This document shows positions 49,600 to 61,404 of a DNA stretch of 64,000 nt, piece by piece. A program made the position numbers and the translations under genes. Every line of letters starts with the position of its first letter. Positions within the stretch are counted from its first letter, which is position 1. The stretch covers positions 9,796,001 to 9,860,000 of the forward strand of contig OZ024744.1 of assembly GCA_964016885.1 (NCBI GenBank), read 5' to 3'. Source of the DNA: Eledone cirrhosa (lineage: Eukaryota). The notes beneath the pieces are model-generated. The model was not told the origin of the DNA, did not search any database, and saw nothing but the letters and a program-made list of their open reading frames with translations.

Positions 49600-50250
49600 T
49601 TTCTTCTACAACAACTACAAAGGTACGCGATGGGGCCCACCTACAGCCCCGGCGGACAGAATGGAGAAGGGGTTTTCCCAGAGGATGGCAAGAGAGACGC
49701 GCTGGAAAAGCCTCTTCAACTTGCGGGATCACACCTGCGGATGGCCAGCTCAGCACCTATGGTGGTGAGTAAGGAGGTAGCGCTGGGGCCGAGGACACCA
49801 GAAGTCTCCAAGGGGTACAACCGCAAGCCTGTCGGAGAGCGACCGGTATTTGAGGAGTTTGGCCCCCTCAGCCCGACGTGCAGCAGAACCTGGGTCAGTC
49901 GCAGACTGCACCAGGTTGTGGCTGCAGAAAGTCTCGCCACAAGTGGCATCCCAGACGAGGGTTTTGCCACGACAGAACGGAAAGATGGTCATGCCATCTG
50001 GCCTTTTGCCGTCCCCTCGATCCAGCCCCACCGGCTCGAGCTGGGAAGGGAAGCCTGCAGCGTCCAAGCCTTGCTTAATGACTTCGTTGAGGGCAATATG
50101 GCGTGGAATGCGGCCGGCACTGTGACGACAGGAAAGCGGGTGGAGGATGAAAGAGTCCATGGTGGAACCGCAGCGACATTGGTGGGGCTGGCAGATGCGG
50201 AGGCCGAGCCTCAGGGAAACGCAGATACCCACTCCATGACCTGCAAAAAA
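49600..50250 (-). mobile_element. CRE-type (RLE) non-LTR 3' fragment, second copy
   Basis: LRLGL..HQCRCG..HPLSC..RHIALNE..KRPDG..LVWDATC..KLLKY in ORF 49750-50232. Confidence 0.85.
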
Positions 50251-50265
50251 TGTGAAAGTTGATAG

Positions 50266-53258
50266 TCATTATCATCATCATCACTGTTTTACGTCCACAC
50301 AAGCATGGATTAGACAAGTTATCCTGTTGTGGTCAGGTGAGGATGTCTTACTTAGACAGGACTGTGTTTGGCTTGATTTCTACAGTTGGATGCCTTTCCT
50401 AAAACCAACCTCATTTACAGTGAGTGCTGGGTGCTTTTTGTTGTGACACCTTCATGACCACTTTACAGTGTGTACTGGGTGCTTTTTGTCACGACACCTA
50501 CATGACCACTTTACAGTGTGTATTCTGTACTTTTGTTGTGACACCTACATGAACACTTTACAGTGAGGACGGGGTGGTTTTTGTTGTGACACCTACACAA
50601 CCACTTTACAGTGTGTACTAGGAACTTTTTGTTGTGACACCTACATGACCACTTTACAGTGTGTACTCTACTTTTTGTTGTGACATCTACATGAACACTT
50701 TACATTGTGGACTAGGAGACTTATTGTTGTGATACCTACATGACCACTTTACAGTGTGGACTGGGTACTTTTTGTTGTGGCACCTACATGACCACTTTAC
50801 ACTGTGTACTGGGTACTTTATGTTGTGACACCTACATGACCATGTTACAGAGTGGACTGGGTACTTTTTGTTGTGGCACCTACATGACCACTTTACAGTG
50901 TGGACTGGGAGACTTTTTGTTGTGACACCTACCTGACAACTTTACAGTGTGGGCTGGGTACATTTTGTTGTGACACCTACATGACCACTTTACAGAGTGG
51001 ACTGGGTACTTGTGACACCTACACGACCACTTTACAGTGTGTACTGGGTACTTTATGCTGTGACACCAATATGACCACTTTACAGTGTGGACTGGGAGAC
51101 TTTGTTGTGACACCTACATGACTACTTTACAGTGTGGACTGGGTGCATTTTGTTGTGGCACCTACATGACCACTTTACACTGTGTACTGGGTACTTTATG
51201 TTGTGACACCTACATGACCACTTTACAGTGTGGACTGGGAGACTTTTTGTTGTGACACCTACATGACCACTTTACAGTGTGTACTCTGTACTTTTTGTTG
51301 TGACATCTATATGACCACTTTACAGTGTGGACTGGGTGCTTTTTGTCATGACACCTACATGACCACTTTACTGTGTGTACTGGGTGTTTTTGTCGTGAAA
51401 CCTACATGACCACTTTATAGTGTGTACTGGGTACTTTTTGTTGTGACACCTACATGACTACTTTACAGTATGGACTGGGTTTTTTTGTCATGACACATAC
51501 AAGACCACTGTACAGTGTGTACACCTGTATTTGTCGTGACACCTATATTGCCAATTTACAGTGTGGACAGCGTGCTTTTTGTTGTGACACCAACATACCC
51601 CCTTTACAGTGTGGACTGGGTGATTTTTGTTGTCACACTCTACAGTGTTGACTGGGTACTTTTTGTTGTGACATCTACATGACCACTTTACAGCGTGGAC
51701 TAGGTGTTTTTGTCATGATACCTACATGACCACTTTACAGTGTGTACTCTGTACATTTGTTGTGACACCTACATGAACACTTTACAGTCCGTACTAGGTA
51801 CTTTTTGTTGTGGCACCTACATGACTACTTTACAGTGTGGACTGGGGGGAGACTTTTTATCATGACACCTACATGACCACTCTCCAGTGGGGACTGGGTA
51901 CTTTTTGTCGTGACACCTACACGACCACTCTACAGTTGGTACTGTGTACTTTTTATTATGACACCTACATGACCACTTTACACTGTGTACTGGGTACTTT
52001 ATGTTGTGACACCTACATGTCCACTTTACAGTGTGGACAGGGTACTTTTTGTCGTGACACCTACACGAACACTCCACAGTTGGTACTGGGTACTTTTTTT
52101 ATGACACCTACATGACCACTTTACACTGTGTACTGGGTACTTTATGTTGTGACAACTACATGACCTATTTTCAGTGTGTACTGGGTGTTTTTGTCGTGAC
52201 ACCTACACGACCACTTTACAGTGAGTACTGGTACTTTTTGTTGTGACACCTACATGAACACTTTACAGTGTGTACTCTGTACTTTTTGTTATGACACCTA
52301 CATGACCACTTTACAGTGTGTCCTGGTACTTTTTGTTGTGACACCTACAAGACCACTTTACAGTGTGTACTCTGTACTTGTTGTGACAACTACATGAACA
52401 CTTTACAGTGTGGACTGGGTTTTTTTGTCAGGATACATACAAGACCACTTTACAGTGTGTACACCTGTATTTGTCGTGACACCTATATTGCCACTTTACA
52501 GTGTGGACTGGGTGCTTTTTGTTGTGACACCAATATACCCACTTTACAGTGTGGACTGGGTGATTTTTGTTGTCACACTCTACAGTGTTGACTGGGTACT
52601 TTTTGTTGTGACACCTGCATGACTACTTTACAGTGTGTACTGGGTGCTTTTTGTCACGACACCTACATGACCACTTTACAGTGTGGACTGGGTACTTTTT
52701 GTCATGACACCTACATGACCACTTTACAGTGTGGACTGGGTGTTTTTGTCACGACACCTACATGACCACTTTACCATGTGGACTGGGTGTTTTTGTTATG
52801 ACACCTACATGACCACTTTACAGTGTGTACTCTGTACTTTATGTTGTGACACATACATGACCACTTTACATTTTTTACTGGGTGTTTTTTTCGTGACACG
52901 TACATGACCACTTTACAGTGTGTACTCTGTACTTTTTGTTGTGACATCTATATGAACACTTTACAGTGTGGACTCGGAGACTTTTTGTTGTGACACCTAC
53001 ATGAACACTTTACAGTGAAGACTGGGTGGTTTTTGTTGTGACACCTACACGACCACTTTACAGTGTGGACTGGGGGCTTTTTGTTGTGATACCTACATGA
53101 ACACTTTACAGTGTGAACTGGGTACTTGTTGTGATACCTACATGATCACTTTACAGTGTGGACTGGTTGTGACACCTACATGACCACTTTACAGTGTGTA
53201 CTGGGTACTTTTTGTCATGACACCTACATGACTACTTTACAGTGTGTACTTGGTACTT
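50266..53258 (-). repeat. RTE-type tail plus ~2.8-kb array of diverged ~49-bp units (roughly 58 copies)
   Basis: (cat)n tail and cassette 50266-50415, then gaccactttacagtgtggactgggtactttttgttgtgacacctacat repeats. Confidence 0.93.
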
Positions 53259-53407
53259 CCAGATTTCCATTTCTAAATTCCATTATCCATAGATAATAGA
53301 ATTTAGAAATGAAACTCTGGAATTTCTTCTCTAGTTCAGATGTAAATGCAAATGCTGGATTCTTGAAATGATGGGTTGTTCATGCTTTTCGATACTTTTC
53401 CTTTTAG

Positions 53408-53455
53408 AATAAAAACGTAAAAGACGATCCTGAAAAAAGTAATTCTGCGATGGCG
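53408..53455 (+). CDS. Small coding exon of host gene (48 nt, phase 0-0): NKNVKDDPEKSNSAMA
   Basis: cttttccttttAG acceptor, GCG|GTAAGA donor, open in the phase left by exon 40557-40696. Confidence 0.68.
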
Positions 53456-53687
53456 GTAAGATTTATCTAATATTCTCGCTGTCAGCACTTCTATTTTATT
53501 TATTTATGCATTTTCATTTTTTTTTTCTTTTAATTAGATCTGGTTTTTAATTTTAGTGTTTTTTCGTATTTCCTGTAAATCTTTTGTTCTGTGTTTATTT
53601 TTTCCTTTTGCGCTTCGTCTATTAAATGGTGATTGTATTGTATTATTCTTTCTAGCTATCAATTTGCATATATATATATATAGAGAT

Positions 53688-54958
53688 ATCATCATCATCA
53701 TCATCACCGTTTTATGTCTGTTCTTCCATGCTAGCATGGGTTAGACAGATTGTCCTGTTGTGGGTAGTGTCTGGTCGGCTGACCATGTCTTGCTCATACA
53801 AGAACTGATTTTGGCTTGATTTCTACAGCTGGATGCCCTTCCTAACACCAACCTCATTTACAGTGAGTACTGGGTGCTTTTTTGCCGTGGCACCTCCACG
53901 ACCACTTTGCAGTGGGAGGGTGTGGGGGCATATTGTCTATATGCTTCAGCTTGTACCCATGGGAGGTCGTGTACTCTGTATTACTGTGTGACGCCAGAGA
54001 GGTGTAATTGGGTAAGGTCGGCTTTTATCACCTCATCCCAGGTCTTCTCGAATCTCCCCACTCCGCAGTTTCCATTGACTTCTAGTGCTCCGCACCTTTT
54101 TATGCAGCTGTTATCCTTCATACGCATCACATGTCCATACCAACGCAACCGCCTCTCCTGCACACAGCATTTGATTCCTCTTATGCTCAGTCTCTCTCTC
54201 AATTCATTTATGCTTTGCCGTTCGCATATATTACTATTACACATCCATCGGAGCATGCAGGCTTCGTTTCTTTCTAATCTACGTAAGTCTTCCACCTTCA
54301 GCGCCCAGGTCTCACTATCATGTAACATTGCTTTTCGTATACACACATCATACAGTCTGCCTTTCATTTTGATGGAAAAGCCTTTTGCAGCTAGCAGTGG
54401 TAGTAGTTCCCTAAACTTCTTCCATCCCGTTCTTACCCTAGTTATTGTACTTTCTGAACACCCACCTCCAGTTTGAAATTTCTTCTCTAGTTCTGCCATA
54501 GATTCAGCTATAAGTTCGAGGTGATCTGCATACAGGAGTTCCCATGGGCATCCGGTCTTAAATACCTCCGTTATTGCCTGCAGGACTATGATGAATAGGA
54601 GAGGGCTAAGAACAGAGCTAAATTTCTACCTATTCTCATTGCCAATCCTAACTTTGCTGACTGCTCCCCTATACATGGCTTGTACAGCTTTCACAAGCCA
54701 TTCATCTACTCCTAGTTTTCTAAGAGCCCACCAGATTATAGCATGGGGAACTCTGTCAAAGGCTTTCTCGAGATCGACGAATGCCAGGTAGAGTGGCTTA
54801 CTTTTAGCTAGGTACTTTTCCTGTAACTGCCTCACAAAGAAGAGGGCATCAGTGGTGTCCTCTTCCTGGTACAAACCCAAATTGCATCTCATCTAGTTTC
54901 ACCTGGTCCCTAATCAACTGTGCTATAACTCTTTCTGTTACTTTCATGACATGGTCCA
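53688..54958 (-). mobile_element. RTE-B copy with several internal deletions
   Basis: ORFs 54626-54892 (DLEKAFD) and 53981-54499, where ELEKKFQT joins GGGCSES directly. Confidence 0.9.
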
Positions 54959-55242
54959 TATATTTATATATATTTATATGTATATATACACATATAAATA
55001 TATATAAATATACGTCAATACTCATCTTTTTCCATTTCTCCGAGGGTTCTTAACCCCACTATCAGACTAAATAATTTTCTTTAATTTCTTTAGTGAAAAT
55101 ACGGCGACACCTTACACACACATATATATATATATATATAAAAAGGAATGATCAACTTTCGTCAAATCGGACCGAGGGAACAATGTTTCTGTTGGTCTTT
55201 CCAATTGCTAATACTATCTATCGGTCGCAACTCCAGGTAGAA

Positions 55243-55716
55243 GGAGCAATGTGAAATAAAGTGTCTTGCTCAAGGACATAACGCATCACCTGGTCCAGGA
55301 ATCGAACTCACAACCTTACGATTGCAAATCCAATTTTCTAACCACTCAGCCACACGCCTTCACTATATATATATATATGATGATGATATATATATATATA
55401 TATATATCATCATCATCATCATTTCATTTTACGTCCGCATTTTCCCTGCTTGCAAGCGTGGGACGGGAAATGATTCTGGCTTGATTTCTACAGCTTGATG
55501 CCCTTCCTAACACCAACCTCATTTATAGTGAGTGCTGGGTGCTTTTTTGCCGTGGCACCTCCGCAACCACTTTACAGTGAGCGCTGGGTGCTTTTTTGCT
55601 GTGTCACCTCCACGACCACTTTACAGTGGAATGATAGGGACCCCATTCCTATCATCTCATTTCTACAGCTGAGTAAACTGGAGCAATGTGAAATAAAGTG
55701 TCTTGCTCAAGGAAAT
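55243..55716 (-). mobile_element. Two SINE family 1-related pieces separated by (TA)n; the second has 3 49-bp units and abuts RTE-A copy 2
   Basis: ggagcaatgtgaaataaagtgtcttgctcaagg at 55243 and 55680. Confidence 0.8.
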
Positions 55717-58571
55717 CATCATCATCATCATCATCATTTTACGTCCGCTTTTCCCTGCTTGCAAGGGTGGGACGGGTCTTATTCAGCACAGCATCTCTCC
55801 ACTCGTCACGGTCCCTCGTCATCTCCACCGTGAGCTTCAATGATCTGAGGTCTGTTCTCACCACCTCCGCCCATGTTTTTCGTGGTCTACCTCTACCACG
55901 TCTTCCTTCAACTGGCATTTCCTGGCACTTCTTCACCCATCGGTCATCCTCCATGCGCATCACATGTCCATACCACCTCAGTCTCCTCTCCTGTACACTA
56001 CATTCTATCCCTCTCAGACACAGTTTCTCTCTCAACACATTTATGCTGGGTCGTACACGCACATTTACACTCCACATCCAACGGAGCATGCTTGCCTCAT
56101 TTCTCTCCAACCGTCGCATATCCTCTGCGGTTGCTGCCCATGTCTCACTACCATGCAGCATCGCGCTCCTCACACAGGCATCATACAACCGGCCTTTCGT
56201 ACGCAGGGAGAAACCCTTCTTCGTCAACAGAGGAAGCAGCTCCCTAAACTTCTTCCAACCCGTCCTTATTCTAGATACTATGGCCTCGGAACACCCTCCT
56301 CCCATGCTAATCTGATCTCCTAGGTACCGGAAGCTATCCACCACTTCTCTAGCGCCCTCTCGCATTTGAAAAATCTGTCTATCAGTGCGACTTCTACTGT
56401 CTAATTTCCCTGTACATCTACTGCATACATATTTCTCCCTACCTGTTAGTTTGCCTGCTATCCCGCTACATCTCTTGTGTACCCAGGACCTGCATTGTGT
56501 GCATTTTATAGAATTTATGCCAGTTCCTTTTCTGCATATCGAACATGGCCATTTCCCTGACGGAATCAGGGTTTTGTCCTCTTTTCTACTCATCAACACT
56601 TTTGTCTTAGCTAGATTTACTCTCAGTCCTCTTGCTTCCAACTGCTGTTTCCATAGTCGGAATTTATTCTCTAGCTCTTCTACTGATTCTGCTATAAGAG
56701 CCAGATCGTCAGCATAGAGAAGTTCCCATGGACAGCCAGTCTTAAACTCCTCTGTTATGGCTTGGAGGACTATAATGAACAAGAGCGGGTTGAGGACCGA
56801 ACCCTGATGTACTCCTACTTGTATCTGGAATTCCTCACTAAACTCCATTCCTACCCTGACTTTACTGAGAGTACCTCTGTACAAAGTTTGCACTGTCCTC
56901 GCAAGCCATTCCTCAACACCTAGCTTCCTTAGGGAACACCAGATGACAGATCGGGGTACCCTATCAAAGGCCTTCTCTAGGTCAACAAAGGCTAAGTATA
57001 GTGGCTTATTCTTCTCTAAGAACCTCTCTTGCATTTGTCTCACCAAGAAGAGGGCATCTGTTGTACTCTTGCCAGGCACAAAACCAAACTGCATCTCATC
57101 TAGTTTGACCCTTTCTCTAATTAGTTGTGCTAAAATCCTTTCTGCCACTTTCATAACCTGATCTATCAGTTTTATACCCCTATAATTGCTCCTCTCCAAA
57201 GCATCCCTTTACCTTTGTAGCAATTTATGAGAATACTGCTGCACCAGTCTTTGGGTATGACACCACCATATATAGCCTGATTGATGATGCGTGCAACCAG
57301 TTTAGTGCCTACGTCCCCTGATGCCTTCAGCATCTCAGCAACTATTCCCGATGGTCCGGCCGCCTTACCATTTTTCATTTCCCTAACCGCCTCTTGGACC
57401 CTATATTCGTCAATCTCAATAGCTGGTCCCTCTGTCGGATCTACCAAGGGTAATTTCTCTCTCTCCCATTTGTTCTCCACATTCATCAGTCTCTCATAAT
57501 GACATTTCCAGGCCTCCTTTTTCTGATCATTTGTGACACTAAGTACACCGGCATCATCCCGGACACATTTATCTCCAACAACATCCTGATTTGCATTGAC
57601 ACACTGCCTTGCAATGTGGAACACCGCACGCCTCTGATCTTCCCGTCGCAGAACATTGGCAAACCTCCTACTCTCTGCCTCCCTGCGTGCTAAGTACACC
57701 TGACGTCTAGCTTCTCTCTTAGTGGCTGTATATTCTTCCCTACTCCCACCCTTTTTCCAAGCCTTCCATGCTAGTCTTTTGTCTCTAATAGCCTTATCTA
57801 CTGTGCTGTTCCACCACCAGGTCAATCTGGCTTATGTGCTCACCAGATTTGTAGGTTATTAGGTGATTGGCAAGTTTCTGGAAGTTTGTGTTGCAAATAG
57901 TCAATGTACTCGCATCACAAAATTCAAGAAGTCTCACTCCTTCATTTCTTGAACCGTAACCGTGCCCACCATGTACCCCAGTGTAACCATCCAGGAGCTG
58001 TCCAACATGACCATTGAAGTCTCCTGCTAGCATAACGATGTCTCCGTCTTCTGTCATTGTGGTTGTTTGCAAAAGTTGCTCATAAAAGCAGTCTTTCTCA
58101 TCTTTGCCTAGGCCTGCTTGGGGAGCATAGACCGAGATGATTGTCAGTAGTCTCCTACCTACAACTAATCTAAGCTTAATTATTCGATTACTAACTCGAA
58201 CTACCTCTATTGTCTTATTGATCCATTTCTCAGCCAGTAAAATGCCTACTCCCCCTAACCCATCATCCTTACCTACCCAGAATAGCTTATAGCTAAGACG
58301 CTTGCCTACGACTAGTCTCGCAGAGGCACCTCTCCATCTCACCTCTTGCACGCAGCACACATCCACCTGCCTTCTCTCCAGCATCTCCGCTATTTCAGCA
58401 GATCTACCTCTGAGAGTGCCAACATTAAGTGTTGCAACTCTGAGATGCGACGTCTTCATATTTTGTTGTTGTTCCTATGCTGTTTTGTTGCTGTGCTGAT
58501 AAAGCACTTTGGCATTGATACACTGGTTGGATGCCCTTCCTAACACCAGCGTGCCCTTCCTAACACCAGCG

Positions 58572-58572
<1 letters not shown>
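55717..58572 (-). mobile_element. RTE-A LINE copy 2 (both ends present, 344-bp internal deletion, frameshift near 57205)
   Basis: ORFs 57794-58459, 57172-57825, 55739-57199; near-identical to 6771-9947. Confidence 0.96.
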
Positions 58573-58607
<35 letters not shown>

Positions 58608-58852
58608 TAAGATCAAAAGATGGTTAAAAGAATTCCATGTATTTTATTATGTGCATTTCAAAAACAAATATCATCATGCAATAACATTTGCGTTTCCGTC
58701 AGATAAAATAGGGAGACATGATATGAAGGTTAAAACACACTTGTGAATAGTGCAGTTTTAAATCAACATATGTTGTCACTATACATGCATCATACAGTCT
58801 GCCTTTCATTTTGAGGGAAAATCCTTTTGTAGCTAGCAGTGGCAGTAGCTCC

Positions 58853-58932
<80 letters not shown>

Positions 58933-58934
<2 letters not shown>

Positions 58935-59690
58935 CGAAGGAAATGTGGTAAGGAACCAGGTGGACCATAACGCACCAAAGTACTCAATACTTAGGGTAGT
59001 AGAGTGGGTAATAGGAACAAGTAGGATCCCGACGGCTGAGCTCAAGCCGTTTCGACGGCTAATTCTGGACTAATTTAGTCCAGAATTAGCCGTCGAAACG
59101 GCTTGACCTCAGCCGTCGGGGTCCTACTTGTTCCTATATATATATATATATATATCCTTCATCAGAAGAAAGAATGAGAAATAAAATAGATTGAGGGGAC
59201 GGGCAGGATGTTGACATCTCTTGCAAAACTGTTGGTGCTGGCGTTTTGTGTATGATTTATATTTTAGAAAAGTGGATGATGTAGCACATCTACCTGAAAG
59301 GGAAAATAAACGTTTTGTAAAAAGAGCTATACTTGTGCACGTGTGTGAGTGTGTGTTGTTATACATCCGTACGAAACTAATAAGAAATGTGTGTGTATAT
59401 GTGAGTAAAAGAGTGTGTGTGCATGTAAGTACAAAGCTAAGAGCAACAGTATGTTAATATAAGGGTGTGTATGTATAGAGAGCAGTGAAGGGAAAAGTGG
59501 AGTGAGCATATATAGTCGGCCTGTATTAGTTGTAACAGAAGACGTTAATGATCAAGAGAAAGCGATAGGAATCTAAGGGTGTGATAATGGACCGGTATTA
59601 GAAAAATTGGGGAGGTGAGTTGAGTCCAAGAGGGGAACAGACCCAAGGCGGTGAATCAGACTTTGTTCAGTCCTGGTGCGCGAAACCTTA
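58933..59690 (-). mobile_element. Penelope-like element 3' fragment, copy 2 (GIY-YIG C-terminus + pseudo-LTR)
   Basis: RTRTEQSLIHRLGSV followed after a 1-nt shift by PLGLNSP, matching the E..LI..L....P.GLN end of Penelope endonucleases; hammerhead motifs; (AT)n end. Confidence 0.7.
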
Positions 59691-59723
59691 CCTTTTACAT
59701 ACATATATATATATCTATCTATA

Positions 59724-60195
59724 TCTATAATATTATAAAGCTGAGCGTCGTGTGTATGTATTATGTATGTATGTACCCTACACACCTCCCTATAGTTTCT
59801 TAGCTTTACTCTCTCCGTCGCTCTTCCCTCTCTCTATAATAGATCATTCCCACTCTCTATAATTTAACTGCTTTACTCTCTCTGTCGCTCTTCACTCTCT
59901 ATATGACAGCACTGTTTTAGTTTCCGTATCTCCCTTCAATATATACAGAGAGAGAGAGAAGAGAAAGATTAGGAAAACTACACACACATCTACAGAGGGA
60001 GACAGAAAAACAGAGGGAGGGGAAAAGAGAGAGTTAGGCCGTTAGACAGAGAGAGATACAATTAAAGTGGTAGTTAGTCAGAGAGAGGGAGAGCGTCGGA
60101 AGGACAATGTGACATGAGAGGGTGTGTGGTATCTTTGCAATGGAGTGTTGGGGGCAGGTATACCTAGCCAGTCGCCAGCCAGACGGGCCAGCTAG
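59724..60195 (+). mobile_element. Probable non-autonomous Helitron
   Basis: A|TCTATAATATTATAAAGCTG start and ggccagCTAG|T end; weak hairpin. Confidence 0.55.
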
Positions 60196-60489
60196 TATAT
60201 ATATAAATTTTGAGTATATGTTAGTTGTTTACCGACACCTCAGTTGGAGCACTCGATGAAGTGCGCAGGTTGGTTTGTTTACTCCGGAGTAATGTAAAAT
60301 AAGTAAGTCAAACATGTTAAATTCGACCTCGTTTATTATAAATTATTGGCTCTGACCTCATCACGCAGTAAAAATTAATGTAGAAAGAACAGGTGAACAT
60401 GGTGTTGAAATGTGTTCCACTCTGTCAATACATTGATATGTCCAGCTCCTGGGTGTGTTGTTAGTCCTCCGAGGAACTGAAATCATATA

Positions 60490-61270
60490 AATAACACTGA
60501 TAACAAGAAGTCCTCTTGTGAACGTGACCTGGGCATTACTGTCTGCAGCGATTTGTGTTGGACAAAACACGTCTCTAAAATTGTCAAGAAGGCCGAGGGT
60601 GTCTTGGCATCACTCAGCAAGACCTTTGTTATCCGCTCTCCAGCCATCTATTTAAAGCTGTATACAGCTATGGTACGACCACACTTGGAATTCGCATCAT
60701 CAGTCTGGAACCCCTATCTTGCTCAGAACATTGACCTCCTGGAAACTGTTCAGAGACGTGCAACCAAGCGCATACCCTCCATCAGACATCTACCATACAC
60801 TGAGCGCCTTGCTTCCCTGGGCATGGATTCATTGAAGCTCCGACGTCTGGAAACTGACTTGGTAACAACCCACAAAGTTATTAACCATCTTGCCAACAAC
60901 AACCCTGAGCACCTTTTTGATCTCCATGTGTCTAACACACGTGGACATGCCCACAAAGTCAGAAAACAGCACAGTTCCCATGACTTTCGGAAATATTTTT
61001 TCACGCTTAGAGTTGCTGAAGCAGGGAACAAACTACCTGCATCAGTTGTTAGCTGTCGAGACACTGCATCCTTTAAGACACTCATGCTTCCCGAAATACG
61101 CCAAAACTACTCCTGATTACCCCTTCTATACACATGCACACATGTGTATATCATGACTCATGCACTGTTTATTTTCCTGATGTTTGTACATTTCCCTATG
61201 TACTATACATACACTTTTGATGAGTTGTAGTGCACCTGAGCACTGTACATAATATTTTCATTATTATTAT
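60490..61270 (+). mobile_element. CR1-group LINE 3' fragment (same family as 35870-38085)
   Basis: ORF 60553-61116 (VRPHLEF, VQRRATK, RGHAHK, NKLP); (tta)n tail. Confidence 0.92.
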
Positions 61271-61404
61271 TTGGCAGTAGATTAAGGGCGGTGGATTGGC
61301 AGTATCGGTAGAGGGTTGGACGCCATGCTTTGACGCATAGAGTTACGGCCCTTGCCATTCTTAGTTCAAATCCCGCCGATGTTAACTTTGCCTTTCATCT
61401 TTAC

